Positions 37,888-50,129 of a stretch of 64,000 nucleotides of DNA are shown one piece after another (within the stretch, counting starts at the first letter, position 1; each line of letters starts with the position of its first letter). The notes under the pieces are model-generated. The model was not told the DNA's origin, ran no database searches, and saw nothing but the letters and a program-made list of their open reading frames with translations. The DNA is from Balanoglossus misakiensis (Eukaryota; Animalia; Hemichordata). Both the position numbers and the translations under genes were made by a program. The stretch covers positions 2,745,434 through 2,809,433 of the forward strand of contig CM082593.2 in assembly GCA_040954595.2 (NCBI GenBank), read 5' to 3'.

Positions 37888-40800
37888 TGATATAGCCTAA
37901 GCGATGGTTTGGTGGCATTAGAGAAACTTTGAAAAAAGTTAAAAGTTCTCTTCCAGAAAGACTTGTTTTTGTCTATCGATCGAGCTTGTTTATTATAAGA
38001 AGTTGGCAAGTTTCCACAGTAGCGGAGTCTTTCGCACATTCGCGACAAATATCTTAGCAGAAAACACCTGCATTTTCGATTGTGGGACAGATGATGCGGT
38101 AACTTTAGCTTTTTGACAGTTTCCAACCGCACACAAAGAAGTACGTATTCGTGAAGTTATGAATTCCATGTTGGCCCAATCATAATTTGATATATTACTG
38201 CAACATGACAGTTTTTGGGAATAGGTAGCGAAATCCGTTGCTATGGGGTATTTTGCGGAAAGGGTAACGTGAGCATGCGCAGATGCAGTTTTGCAGTTCT
38301 TGCGTTTATTCACACGGCGACGCTGGCGGCATGTCCGGTTAGTGTACCGTCACTTCACATTTTTGTGGTTTTTGTCGGCTCCCCGAGGAATGATATCACT
38401 TTAAGTTACACAGATATGTATATGTTCAAAACACAGGCGATAAACAGTAGCGTAGATATCTCTCACTCTGCGCCACTAGTTTTCTGCCTCTCCGTGCATT
38501 GCGCGCGCGCCGCGCGCAGCAATGACAAGTTGAACTTCGCGCAAAAGTTCGCCCAGACTTTATTCCCTTCCCTAAAACCAGCAGTGCTCACTTGACCTGA
38601 ATATTTCCTACAGTGACCTTGAGTGGCCATCAGTGTAATTTCGTGGAAAATGGGTCATGGCTTGCGACACGATGATTTATGGCGACGACATCAGAACGCG
38701 GACGTGGAATTGTGATTTACATAAGAAGTAGTACATGTAGTTAAATGCGTCTGACCAGGTTTACAATCTTGATTCAGGAATCTCAACGTGTCGGTATATA
38801 TTTCAGGTTCGGCTGATCGTAGACTGAGATAATTGAGCAAAAAAGGCAAACACCTCATTGGTCATTTGAACAGTTGTCGTTGACTTTTAAACGGTGGACT
38901 GATCTGCGAGGGTACGCCGAGAGCCGAAGTCAGACAGAATCAATCACAAGACGCGATGAAATTGTATCGTCAACACAATCAGAGCGTTTGTACACAGTCT
39001 GACTTGATTCTGGGTGGTGACGTCATTATGGCCCCAAACTAAACCACTCTTTCCTGCTAAGTGGAGGATAACTTTCACTTAAGGTCAGAGGTCAACTGTC
39101 GTCCCTGGCAGGTCATGAATATGGGGTATAAATCTTGACGCCGCCTGCTGTATCGAGGCATCTGCAAACGTCCAATGAAAAAAAAATTCATATTAAAATA
39201 GACACCGATTCAGTTTAGAATTTGCAAATGGGCCACACAGCGGCAAGGTTTAGCTGAAATATCCGTCGACAACGTATTGAATGTTTTCTGTTCAACAAGT
39301 TTGTAAAATTAGAAGTACCTCGCAACAAGCAGGCGATTCTCAAATTTAGAATTCCACCGAATCTGAATCTCATTATGGCTTCATATCATCGGTCATCTAT
39401 GAAGTACAAAAATAAACCATATTATACATACGATCTTGTTGAGACTTTGTCTCAGTCTTCACGACGCCACCGCCGTGACTTAAACGGCTGACGGGGGGCT
39501 GGTCCGCGTGTGAAAAGTACCCGACGATTCCCGCCTGTTGGTAAAAAATCCCCGCAAGGATATAACTAAGGTCATCCACAATACCAAAACGATTTAAATG
39601 TGCTCAAATGTCCCATTAAATGAAACTGGCCCAAAATACTCAAACAACGTCCGATTGGTATACCCTTTACAACCAATGGCTCTCTTTATTGAGACACTGG
39701 AATTTTGATTTATTTAATACATGTTTAGAATGGTCTTTAAAGAGAAATAGACCCGGAAAGCTTTGTTGGAGGTATGTTTCTTCAGTGTTTGGAGTTCTAC
39801 TCCCACGTTTGTAAATGTCCCGTATTTTTTTCGCTCAATTTGGATAAATTATTGTCGTCTCGTGTTTTTAAAGCTTGAAGCTTGTTTGAAAACACCACTT
39901 TTTGCTTCCAAACACTGACGTCGCAGCATTTACTAGACTGCCGCCCCATTTAACTACATGTATATGAGAACTTTCCGCTGTTTTCGACCAGCCACAGTTT
40001 AAAACAAAGACGGTTGATTATGATTGGCTAATTGTCAATACTGGTCACAGTCCACGTTTACTGGTACCATGTCATGACGTCACAGCGGCTTATTGGCCAA
40101 TCGTGACCAGTCTTTACAAACACCATTGATACAATGTTTGTCCGCCTGAAACGCCTGAAGTATCGCTTTGCATTGCTTCATTATATTTTAACAAAAATAA
40201 AAATCTTGAAATAGAATCATCGAAAATAGGATTCGGGACTTGTTTTTCGCCCAGTTTCCGTTGTTTGTTTGTTCAAATTGGAAAACGTAAGCGGCCATTC
40301 GTCTAAATGTATATATATAGTCTCGGCATTCAACCTTGGGTGAGACACTTCACTTTTTTTTAAATTTCAAAGGCCACTAATTGGCTAACGCGACTAAATA
40401 CGGCGACTATGGGGTTTCTCGCGGAGAAATGACTTTCTAAACTTCAAACAGTGCCAACATTTAAGTGAACGAGTCACGTGGAAAGTATGGAGGCGTCGTT
40501 CTCCGCGCTGTTGTTCCGAATCGTTGGATCGTAGCAATGGTTAGGCGAGCGGGTAAGTCACGAATTTGTTCTGCGAAACAGGTGACACCCATAACGGTGG
40601 GGTCATTGTCAAAGTCATTTAACATTGACAGTGACTGAGAAAAAAATCTGCTGACATAATACCCAAATCCTTCACCCTCCAACATATCAAATTGTTCTCT
40701 CCCTTGAACGAGGGGTGACGTCCGCATCCACCCCATGGCTAGCCACTCTAGGCGAGGGCCGGTGTCATCAACTGAGTGTCCTGTTTCACTTCAAGGTTTC

Positions 40801-42577
40801 CATCAAGGTCTTTTTTGTCCATCATCGTCTTCTCAACAACTAAACTGACCTTCGATCGCCAACTGGAAGCCGTCGGCGCGCCCTAGACACTTCCAATGTC
40901 TATGACCGAAGACGTGTAAAAAGTCACCCTTGTTTATCAAACCCATCTAACTGTTCGTACCGGGGTCAAAGGTCACCACGTCCAGGGATGGCGGGTGCTT
41001 GACTCGTAATGTGTGTCCGTTGTTACTAGTAACACAGTCTTTGTAAAACCATTTCCATTTTAGTTTGAAATTGGACGCCAAGCAAACTTCCCATATCAGG
41101 GTCTACTTTTCGTACGAGTCGCCTCGCGGATGAAATTGATTAAGATGTCTTGAACGCCGCGACGCGTCCAGAGATTGTCAACGTCCGAGTTATTTTGTTC
41201 CCACCCATCATACACCTGTCTACAATCTCACCGTTTTATCACCACTGAGTGTGACAACCTGTATGTGTGTGGGCACAAGAGCAACGTTATGTTCACGGAT
41301 AATTTATGTCCAGAAGACCCGCGTAGACGGGCAATGGAGGCGCTGTAGAACTACATTCTTTAGATCAGATAGTTTGCGGGGTTTGCTGTTCTAGTTCTGT
41401 TGCATGCCGCCTGCTATGACATCTCTGTTACTGATATCAATCCGATTGATTCTTCACAATACATGCGGTATAACACACATCCAGTGCTTGGAGGTCAATA
41501 ACTGCCGGTTGATAAAGGCAGTTTTATTCCAAGACACCTTTCCCGTTGGCGCTTCGGGCACCATGACAACGTCCTAAGTTGTTGCTTTTTTTGCTGACGA
41601 AGCATGGCAGTAAATGCGAGACACCACAGGCGAATGACCGGTTTGTGGCACAGAATTATCGTGGTGTAAAATGTATCATAATTTTCCCATGAGTGGCCTT
41701 TGCCCCCAACCTGACTATATATGCCATAATGTATCGCCATCTTGTCATGCTCGTCATGATTTATAGTTTGGTGCCAAGAATTGGTGTCACATCTTGTCAG
41801 AGATGGGTCTGACAGTTCGAGTGTCATTGGGTGTTTTAGGACGATATTTCAGCAATTAAAATTCGCAATAGTCCCCATAGCATGCAACTAAAAGTAAAAG
41901 AATTGTGCAGTGATATATTATATCGTTCCAAAGATCTCTCCTTTGATACATTATATCATCTATACTCATTTCAAATTGTATCTCGGGCTCAAGCGAAACG
42001 GGATGATGGAATAAACATAAGGGACGGTTCAGGACGTCGACATGAAATGAGAGCTTCGAGATTTTAGGATAATACTCTGATTATTAATAGATATTTGCTT
42101 TACACACGTCTGTTTTGGTGGATTACGACACAGACTTGAAGTTGTGTTTTGGAGAAAAATGCACGGACATACAGAAATCGCCGGACCAAAGCCGGTACTG
42201 TTGGCGTTGCTAGGCAACAACGGGATGCGTGGGAAAATATAGCCCTTCCCTCCCTCTCGGTCGTATTTGGTCGGCGTTTTCATTCTCCTTATCAGGAATC
42301 TGATGTTTTAGAAAAACGAGAAAGGTTCGCCAGAATTGCCTCTCGGAGCGTTTGACTTTGTTTTGCACGGTTTTTTGTCGGACGCAGACGCGTTTATTTG
42401 GTTCGGTGTCACGGTTTGCGGAGCCGCCTCAATAGGCCACGCTGCGATGGCTTCCAACAATATATAAACCTGTACGGCCAAGTGAAATGTGTTTGTTTTG
42501 TGTCTGTATAGTACCGCATAACATCTCTGGCTGCAGATTATTGGCCGTGCTGTCGGCATCTTCTGTGGTAGAGCCCT

Positions 42578-42673
42578 AGGGTGTCATTTTGTTCAGACGA
42601 GGGGGGGGGGGAGTACCATACGTTTACAACCCAGGGGTGCAATTTTGTTCAGGCGAGGGGAGGGTCAGTACCA
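42578..42673. repeat. Imperfect ~55-bp tandem duplication with G-runs
   Basis: GGGTG..ATTTTGTTCAG(A/G)CGAGGGG..AGTACCA occurs twice. Confidence 0.65.
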
Positions 42674-45600
42674 AATGGGGACTTAAGCAGTGTTATTAAT
42701 CGAACACATGAAATGTAGTGGTGTCAAAGTCGTCTGTCTGTATGAGAGATTCGAGTCGGCAGGTTGAGTAGAGAGCCCCTCCCGACGAAGTACTTATTGT
42801 TGCTTGCTTGTCAGAACGACGCAAACTCCGTCATTCCTTCGATTTGCATACAATGATCTTTTAAAAGAATTGGTTTGATCATTACACGCGTGGTTGCTTT
42901 AAAACAAAAAAGTTGCTTTTTTGGGGGGGGGGGTGCATGTTAATGTTGCACAACCGTGATATTTCAGTTGAAATCGGGGTCACGTGATGGCAGCAGTGCG
43001 GAGTGATACACACATGTACATCGCCCCCGCGGAATCCTACAAGCAGGTTCCGCGTCCTAGACAATTCTTGGATAACGTATCACAGCCACAAGTGTCAGAC
43101 ATGGGAATAATGACGAGTGGTGAAAAAGCTCATTATCCAAATGAGCGAAATCTTATGTTTAGGGTTTAGGTCACGGAAGTTAAATCAATGAGGCTATACC
43201 TCTACTACCCCCTTCTGAACATCGGTGGCAAGTCCCTTGTGTCAATGACTGGTCTGATCCCCGGGTCTTGGGTGCATTAGCCCGGAATCTGCCAACTCAC
43301 GTACGTTCAGCGAGTTTGTAGGGAAGTGATGACTTATATGGTTTTGACTTGTTTTTTTCTTGCGAGCCAACAAATACAAACATTGATTCCGCATCTGTCA
43401 AAAGTGTTCTCTAAACCCAGTAACAAGGGGAGGCAACATAGTTTTCTGTATGTAAAAACTGATTTGGGTTCCTTTTTTTCGGTGATCCCTTTTTTGCAAG
43501 TTTAGAAACATTTCATTAGGACGTCTGTCCTTAAAGTTTTCGGTGCGAAACTTTGTGTTTATTCATTGTGTACACTTTCTGAACGAAACAGACAGAAATA
43601 ATAAACTATTTTTCTCGCCCGAGTTTATTTTTCCTAGGTCATTCCTCGCCTGACTCCCGCCATGATTTCTGCTATCCGTCTGCTCGAAGTTCGAAGCCCC
43701 CAAGGCCCTCGATTTGGAATACTTATGCTATATCAATCATAACAGAATTACAACAAAGCGGGAGAGAAGTCGAATTTGACGTGGGTGACACAGAAACCAC
43801 GCACTCTCGACAAAAGGCATTTAATTAGCTTAATAGGATAATCGGCGTATGCATCGCGTAACCTTTCGCATTAATTGCAAAATATGATTTTGACGCATTT
43901 CAGTTTCGTGGGGTGAACGTAAGACGCGAGAATATCCACAGCCTCCAGGCGACCCCGGTATTATGTCTCGTGAAAAACATAACTTCAACGCATTCATCAA
44001 TTTGTCTCCTGACGTGATTTCTTGTTCCGGGTACTTTAACTCTCGGGTGAACTGCGAGATGGCGTCGCTTCGGAGATGTTGATATTTTGCGGTTTATTGG
44101 TAAAGATTTATGTTACCGATAAGGCAGCGTTCATTTTACTGTGGAAGGGAGGGGCGTACGTACGTTACTCTTTCAAACTTCCCACGCTGGCGTTGATATC
44201 TTCCATCCGTTACATTCTCAACGTCACCCCCTCTGTGATTCGCCCCTCCCCCTCTGCCACAGACCTGAGACATCCGTAAATTATGCGCCCCCACGCCGTT
44301 AAACCAGGCTCGCAGATGACGCGCCCGACATGTACGAGACCTGCGACGCCATGCACGCGAAACGTGAAATCCTCCCCCGGGCACGTTTGGATACTAAACG
44401 TTTGCAGCGGTGTCCGAGCGAACCAGACTACTGGCTCGAATTTTCACGCCTGTTTACATAAACTTGGCCACAGAGCCGTCCCGTCGAACGGTATGGAGGG
44501 GTTTGGCAAACGCTATCAAAACACGAACGCGGCACGCGGGGATTGTTCCGTCTTCATATTAAAACACGATGTTTATGAAGTGGAAATTTAATAGTTTTTC
44601 CCCAGATTATGGAAAAAACTGATCAGGGGTCATTTAAAACTGGTACTGCTTACAAGGCTATTCACATCATTAAAATGACTGTTCTTGACCTTGACCATAA
44701 TGTAGACTGATTCTATTTCTCCAAACATTCCATAAAAGCCCCATTTTTTGATAAACGTAGACCATGGATCGCCCCTTAACTTTAATAATGATTCTAACTT
44801 TAAATAAACACTTGCGTTTTTCGGCTAATAATATATAAATATGTAAGGCACACTGCGAGAAAATGCATTACACGGTTTAATGTTACCCCTTGGTTATTTT
44901 TGTCTAGAGTAACCACAACAACCAAAGATTGCTGGTACCAACACAGAAATTCGGTCAACCTAACTTACTGCATTGCCCCTTTAAAAGGTAAGATTATTTC
45001 TATGTGAGTTTAGAAGATTTATTTTGCCTTGATTATGTTTTCGATTTTTTTGTTTATCTTGCTAGTTTGCAATTCGCATTATCAGCCTTAATACTTGCAT
45101 AGAAACAGAGGCGCGTTTTGGAAAAAAAAGGTCTATTATCATCGAACGACTGGATAATGGAAGTAGCTGGGAAAAAGTGGACAAAGAGTTCCTGCCGATT
45201 CATCAACTCTTAGTTTGATCACAGACAGGCACGTACACGACACATAAATCAGTGGTCAAGTGTTCTTAAACCATGGCTAAAGTTTTTAGTGGCAGAACAA
45301 TCACCGTCACCCTTTTACGTTGCCAGTGTCAACATTTTGCTTTCTGTCCATGCTCACTGATGCAACTTTCAACGCCAAAATGATTCCTAATAAACCAGAC
45401 AATATTAGATTAATGGCAACAGCACTTCCTTAAATTAAATGGTCTCAGAAAATGCCGTGTTTTCAAACTTAGAGTCTAGATTACTTTCTGTAGTGTGTGG
45501 CGAGAAGACACATATTCCAACCCGCTTGAAGCGACAGCGCGCAAATCAGCAGGCCAAAGTCAAGGGGACCTGATTGCGTTTTTCAGCGCGACATACAATA

Positions 45601-46175
45601 GAAAGTAAAGTGTACTCGCATGTAGGAAGTTCTGTGTGATGTATTTTAGAGAGGTCAAAGGTCACGGACGACAAAACCGAATACTTTGACCTATAATGAT
45701 GAAATGTTCAAATGATTCTAAATTTCGGACAGTGGCGCTCATCCACACACAAATCACGCGATTCCTCAAATAAATAAACCATCAATTGCAACTATGGCGA
45801 CTTTGCCGTCTAGAGTTTTTTGGTCGGAAATCCCGGCTTAAGCCTCCGTTTCACCTTTCAGTAGAGCAAAGTTCAGACGGGTATACGTCAAGTTAAATCT
45901 GCAATAGCTGTCATTTTCGGCAATGTGTTTATGAGTTTTGTTTGGTGTAGTAACATAAATTTGGGCTTCTGCTTGTTAAACCACACTATAAAGTCCTGCT
46001 AGTTTGTCTGCTTGCTTGCTTAGGAGTTGAAAACAACTTCCGAGTACTGTCCGTCGCTGCAAAATATAACACGAAGGGTTTGTTTAAATGACGATGTAAC
46101 ATTAGTTGGTCCGGACCTGAAACTCACGCGCTGCTGGTTCAAAGTTTCCTCTGTGGCGACAAAGACCATACGCAA

Positions 46176-46275
46176 ATGAGTGCATCTTCTAAAGTCAAGA
46201 AGATTCTATCAAAGGATGTGTTTAGGTTGAAAGATGTAACTACTCGCGCCGCTCGAGAAAGAAATTGGTACCTAG
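46176..46275 (+). CDS. Candidate alternative first coding exon (MSASSKVKKILSKDVFRLKDVTTRAARERNWYL-), product unknown
   Basis: ATG in AAATGA context, 100-nt open frame, strong donor TAG|GTGAGT (phase 1). No homology recognised. Confidence 0.35.
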
Positions 46276-48914
46276 GTGAGTACCTCCCAAAATCCATCAG
46301 ACTCTTACTGTTTTGTTGGTGTTCAAAGAAAATGATTTTAAACTCTGTCCGAGCTAAAAATAAGCTAAACGTCGTGGTACACGGCAATCAAAAGTGAGGT
46401 GGAATAACTTCAAACTTTTCAATTTAGACCGAAATCCCTCCCGGATTTCACAGACAAATTTGATTGAACTGAATTGCTGACTTTGCGGGCGGTTTAAATT
46501 CGAGCTTCCGTTCTGAGGCATGATATTAAAACGTTGAATGGCTAGACAGTGTGTTTTCCTCGCAAAAATAGAAGTTTTCAATTATCTGTATAATTACATC
46601 TTTTCGGTGCCGTAATATGCCGCACAAGTTGCGAACTGCGAGATGAGAGGAGTGGGAACGCCAACTGGTTCCAAAGGTCAGAGGTCGCGCTCCAAAGGTC
46701 AGGGGTCGCGCGACGCAAATAGTTTGTCATGCTTTCTGGATAAGATTTCATCTTCTCTTATTTTTAAAACAAGATGTAACTAAGCAGTGTTGGTGGCAAA
46801 TTAATATTGCGAAAATTGAAGGCACGAATTGCGTTTGAACCGCAGCTTTGACGGGTGAAGTAGATGTGCGCTGTGCACATGATACGCGTTTAGATTTCAT
46901 CCCATACAAGATGATAATTGTATATTTTTCCTAACATACGCAGACGTGTCGGTACCATATTCGTTCTAACACGCAGTCTGTAAGATGGTTAAACTTGACC
47001 TTGAAAACCAATCCAAAAGGTATGGTCAGTCGTTGGTGAATGTGCCGGTGAACTATTGTCGATTGGCCGGGGTTACCGTGACCACGGTCACAGACAATGT
47101 ACCCAAGTGCTATTCACATAATTCACAACCTTAAGCAGGACATGATAGTGTAACGTCGCAATGTAATTGATGGAGCTTCTAATTCATTGGTGTCAATGAT
47201 ACTTGGCGTATCAGTGTTGAAATGGCGACGATCTTGTCTGTGTTGGAAATAGGCTATTATTGGCCGTGAGATCGGTCGACTTTGACAATCCCATAGAATT
47301 AGAGATTGAAGGACTTTCCCAATCCAAGCCAAGTCAATGATATCGCAGCTCAGCTGGGCGTGCTTGGTAACAGTCAAGTGGCCATCAAACCCCATGCTTG
47401 CTCTGTCCTCTGCTTTCTGGCCAGTATAGAAATGAACCAGGTTTGCTTTCTAGGGTCTGCGAGAGTGTCTACGCTTTTTGCCAAACCACAAGCGTGAACT
47501 TTGTTTAGATCAAAAACTATTTCACCAAGACGTAGGCGGATTGTTTTTTGGTCGGGACAGACAGGCCGCGAATGTTCAGTCCATTTGTATCCGAAGCGAC
47601 AGAGGAAAATAAGTGTTTACAAGTAGTGTAGTAGTGTTGTGCAAAAGTTGGGGTGGGGGAAAAGTTGTTTGAAAAGTTTGACTCTCCTTCACGCCATGGT
47701 TTATTTTTACAAGAACCTACGATGGATCTCAATCCTTTGGTCTTACCCCGGATTGTGTCGGTGGAGGTCATCTGAGGTGTCAAGTTCACGGTGAAGACTT
47801 TTGCAGATTGGCTAATTTGTAAACCAACTTGTTACGGTACTTTACTGCGTCAAACAAATACCTCCGGCGACTATAAACATCGCCCCGGCGGATAATTATC
47901 CGTGCGCCGTTCGCCGAGTGAGTTCTAATATCCAGAAATACTTTGCAGTGTATATTTTTCGCCGCTCTGCACGATCCATCCAATTTTGTTTGCACTGCGA
48001 CACGTTGGCGCCTTCGTCATCATTCTGCAGTTTTATTCGGGCAGACGACAGCGCGCAGACATCATTTCATCACATCTCTGTTTAGGAAGCGTTTCGTATG
48101 AATGTGGAAAACCACAGCGTGTGCGGCCGTATTAATAACCTTCATCATTGGTGGGAGGTAAAACTTTGAATTTACCAGGTTTCTTTTTGCTGTTGTTGAT
48201 TGTATCCAGTGGTGTACACGCCCAATTTTCGGACTGTCAACACAGATTGTAAATACGTAGAATTGGTCTTGTTGACAATAATGCACGCTATATGAGCGGC
48301 GACGACAACTCTAAAGTGATACAATCCCTTCTAACTTTCACACGCCTATGTAGGATTTAAAGGACGCGTGTAAGTTATCCTGTGACCGTGTGGTGGCGCG
48401 CATGTTTTTCACGTGGACATCCAAGTGAAAATCGCATTGAACAAATGATGATCGCCTTGCTCGACTTACTCGTCATCTTTGACCAATTTCATTGGCAAAC
48501 GCGAAACTTCACCACTTATTGTGAAACTGACGGCGATTGGAGTCTTTCCAAAAATAAAAACGAGCGAAAAAAGTTTATTTTTCTTTTCACTACGTAAAGA
48601 TCACGCAGCTTGTGGTTCGATCTTTAAAACGTCGAGTGGGTTTGCAGTGACGAAGAACGACATTAATCGGTCGCATCTCTGTGAACTTTTGAAGGCCACA
48701 GATAAAAGCGAAGCAGAAGACAGACTAAACTATCGTCTATTTAGAAACAATCGTGTCAGTGGTCGGCGTTTGAGGAAAACATTTTCAAATGTTTAACATT
48801 AAAATACGTTCTCTTGCTGTGTGCTCCAATAAAGAGGCAGATGTAACTTCCAGTGTTGGCGAAAACGGGGCCTGAATGTTTAGAAACGTGTACATGTCCG
48901 GATTCGTGCGGATT

Positions 48915-48990
48915 CGACCAATCGCAAACGTCCCGAGTCGCAGCCAACCAATCATAACCGCTGGTGTGACTTTTCCGACCAATCACGCGT
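48915..48990 (+). promoter_or_regulatory. Triple CCAAT (NF-Y-type) cluster
   Basis: ACCAATC with CCAAT at 48918, 48948 and 48979, all in the same orientation, spaced 30 and 31 bp. Confidence 0.5.
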
Positions 48991-49945
48991 CGCCTTTAAG
49001 TTCGTAATTGATCCGCTGAAGGGATCATCGTTTATCCCTTCGCGGGTCAACTAATGAACAGTGAACTTTGCAAAATGTCTCGCAACACTGTTTGTTAATA
49101 CCTCCCTAAAGATCAAACGTCCATGCGTCTCTTTGTCAAAGATCACATAGGCCCCTTGTCTAGGGTCCAAAATGTTGAAGTACACTTTATGCTAAGATTC
49201 ATTGGGTCTTTTTTGGTCATTGCCAGCGGCATGGCTCAGGATTAAACACCAAGATCGTTCCACTGCTCACGTAATAAGGACTGCGCCCTTTTTGGTTCTG
49301 GTAACTCTTCTATTATCGATATTCCGTGTAGCCCCATAAAGAGCTTGTCCCTTGGAGGTAACATAAGCAGATCTACATATTTATAGCAGTTGTCCTTTGA
49401 CGCGAACGATTAAACCAAAGGGTCGTCCAAAATTATGATCGCGCTCTATAGTTGTCATTCTTATGACCCATACACCGCCTCGCGTTCTGTACATCAGTGC
49501 CTGAGCGAGCAACCTTGATGTATTGTGTAAAAGACTGGAATAACATAAAAGTCGCGTCGAAAAAAAAAAGATTAAGTGTGAGTTGTCGCAGAGAACATTT
49601 TAATGGGCACCAGGCGTTGTGTAAATCATTTTGTACATGGAGTATTAGTGTTCAAGCAGATTTCGTCGCGGAGACTGTGCAACGTGAGGCCTTATAAGTC
49701 GTGTTTCTATTCCCGAAGTCTGACCTTTGACCCCCGAGGATGTCCCTTCTCGATAACTACATGGTATGTTTATGCTTTGTTTGGCGCATTTCCAGGTTTG
49801 CTTCTTCGGACTTCCATTCTTTCGTTGGGGTGAGGGTGTCTGGTAGCTTGAAGGAGAAAGTCACAAACTTTTCAACGTAGTGCATATTGTCTGTGGTTTC
49901 TGTGACATTGTGAAGTTCTGCTGCACTCCACGATCTGTCCCTATG

Positions 49946-50129
49946 TTAGAGAAGAATCGTTTGATATCTGGGGTAGTGGATGGGTTTTTTTTTGCAGATG
50001 GTGCGGGGTGAAAACAATTCTTATGAAATGCCTTGAGTAAAAAGATGGAATGGCAATCGATTTTTTTGCTGTAACATTACCGACATACCCATATCCTCCC
50101 CCCCAGAAATCAAACGGTTCTTCCCTTAA
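49946..50129. mobile_element. ~180-bp MITE-like element with imperfect ~28-bp terminal inverted repeats
   Basis: Left end TTAGAGAAGAATCGTTTGATATCTGGGG; reverse complement of right end TTAAGGGAAGAACCGTTTGATTTCTGGGG. Confidence 0.7.
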
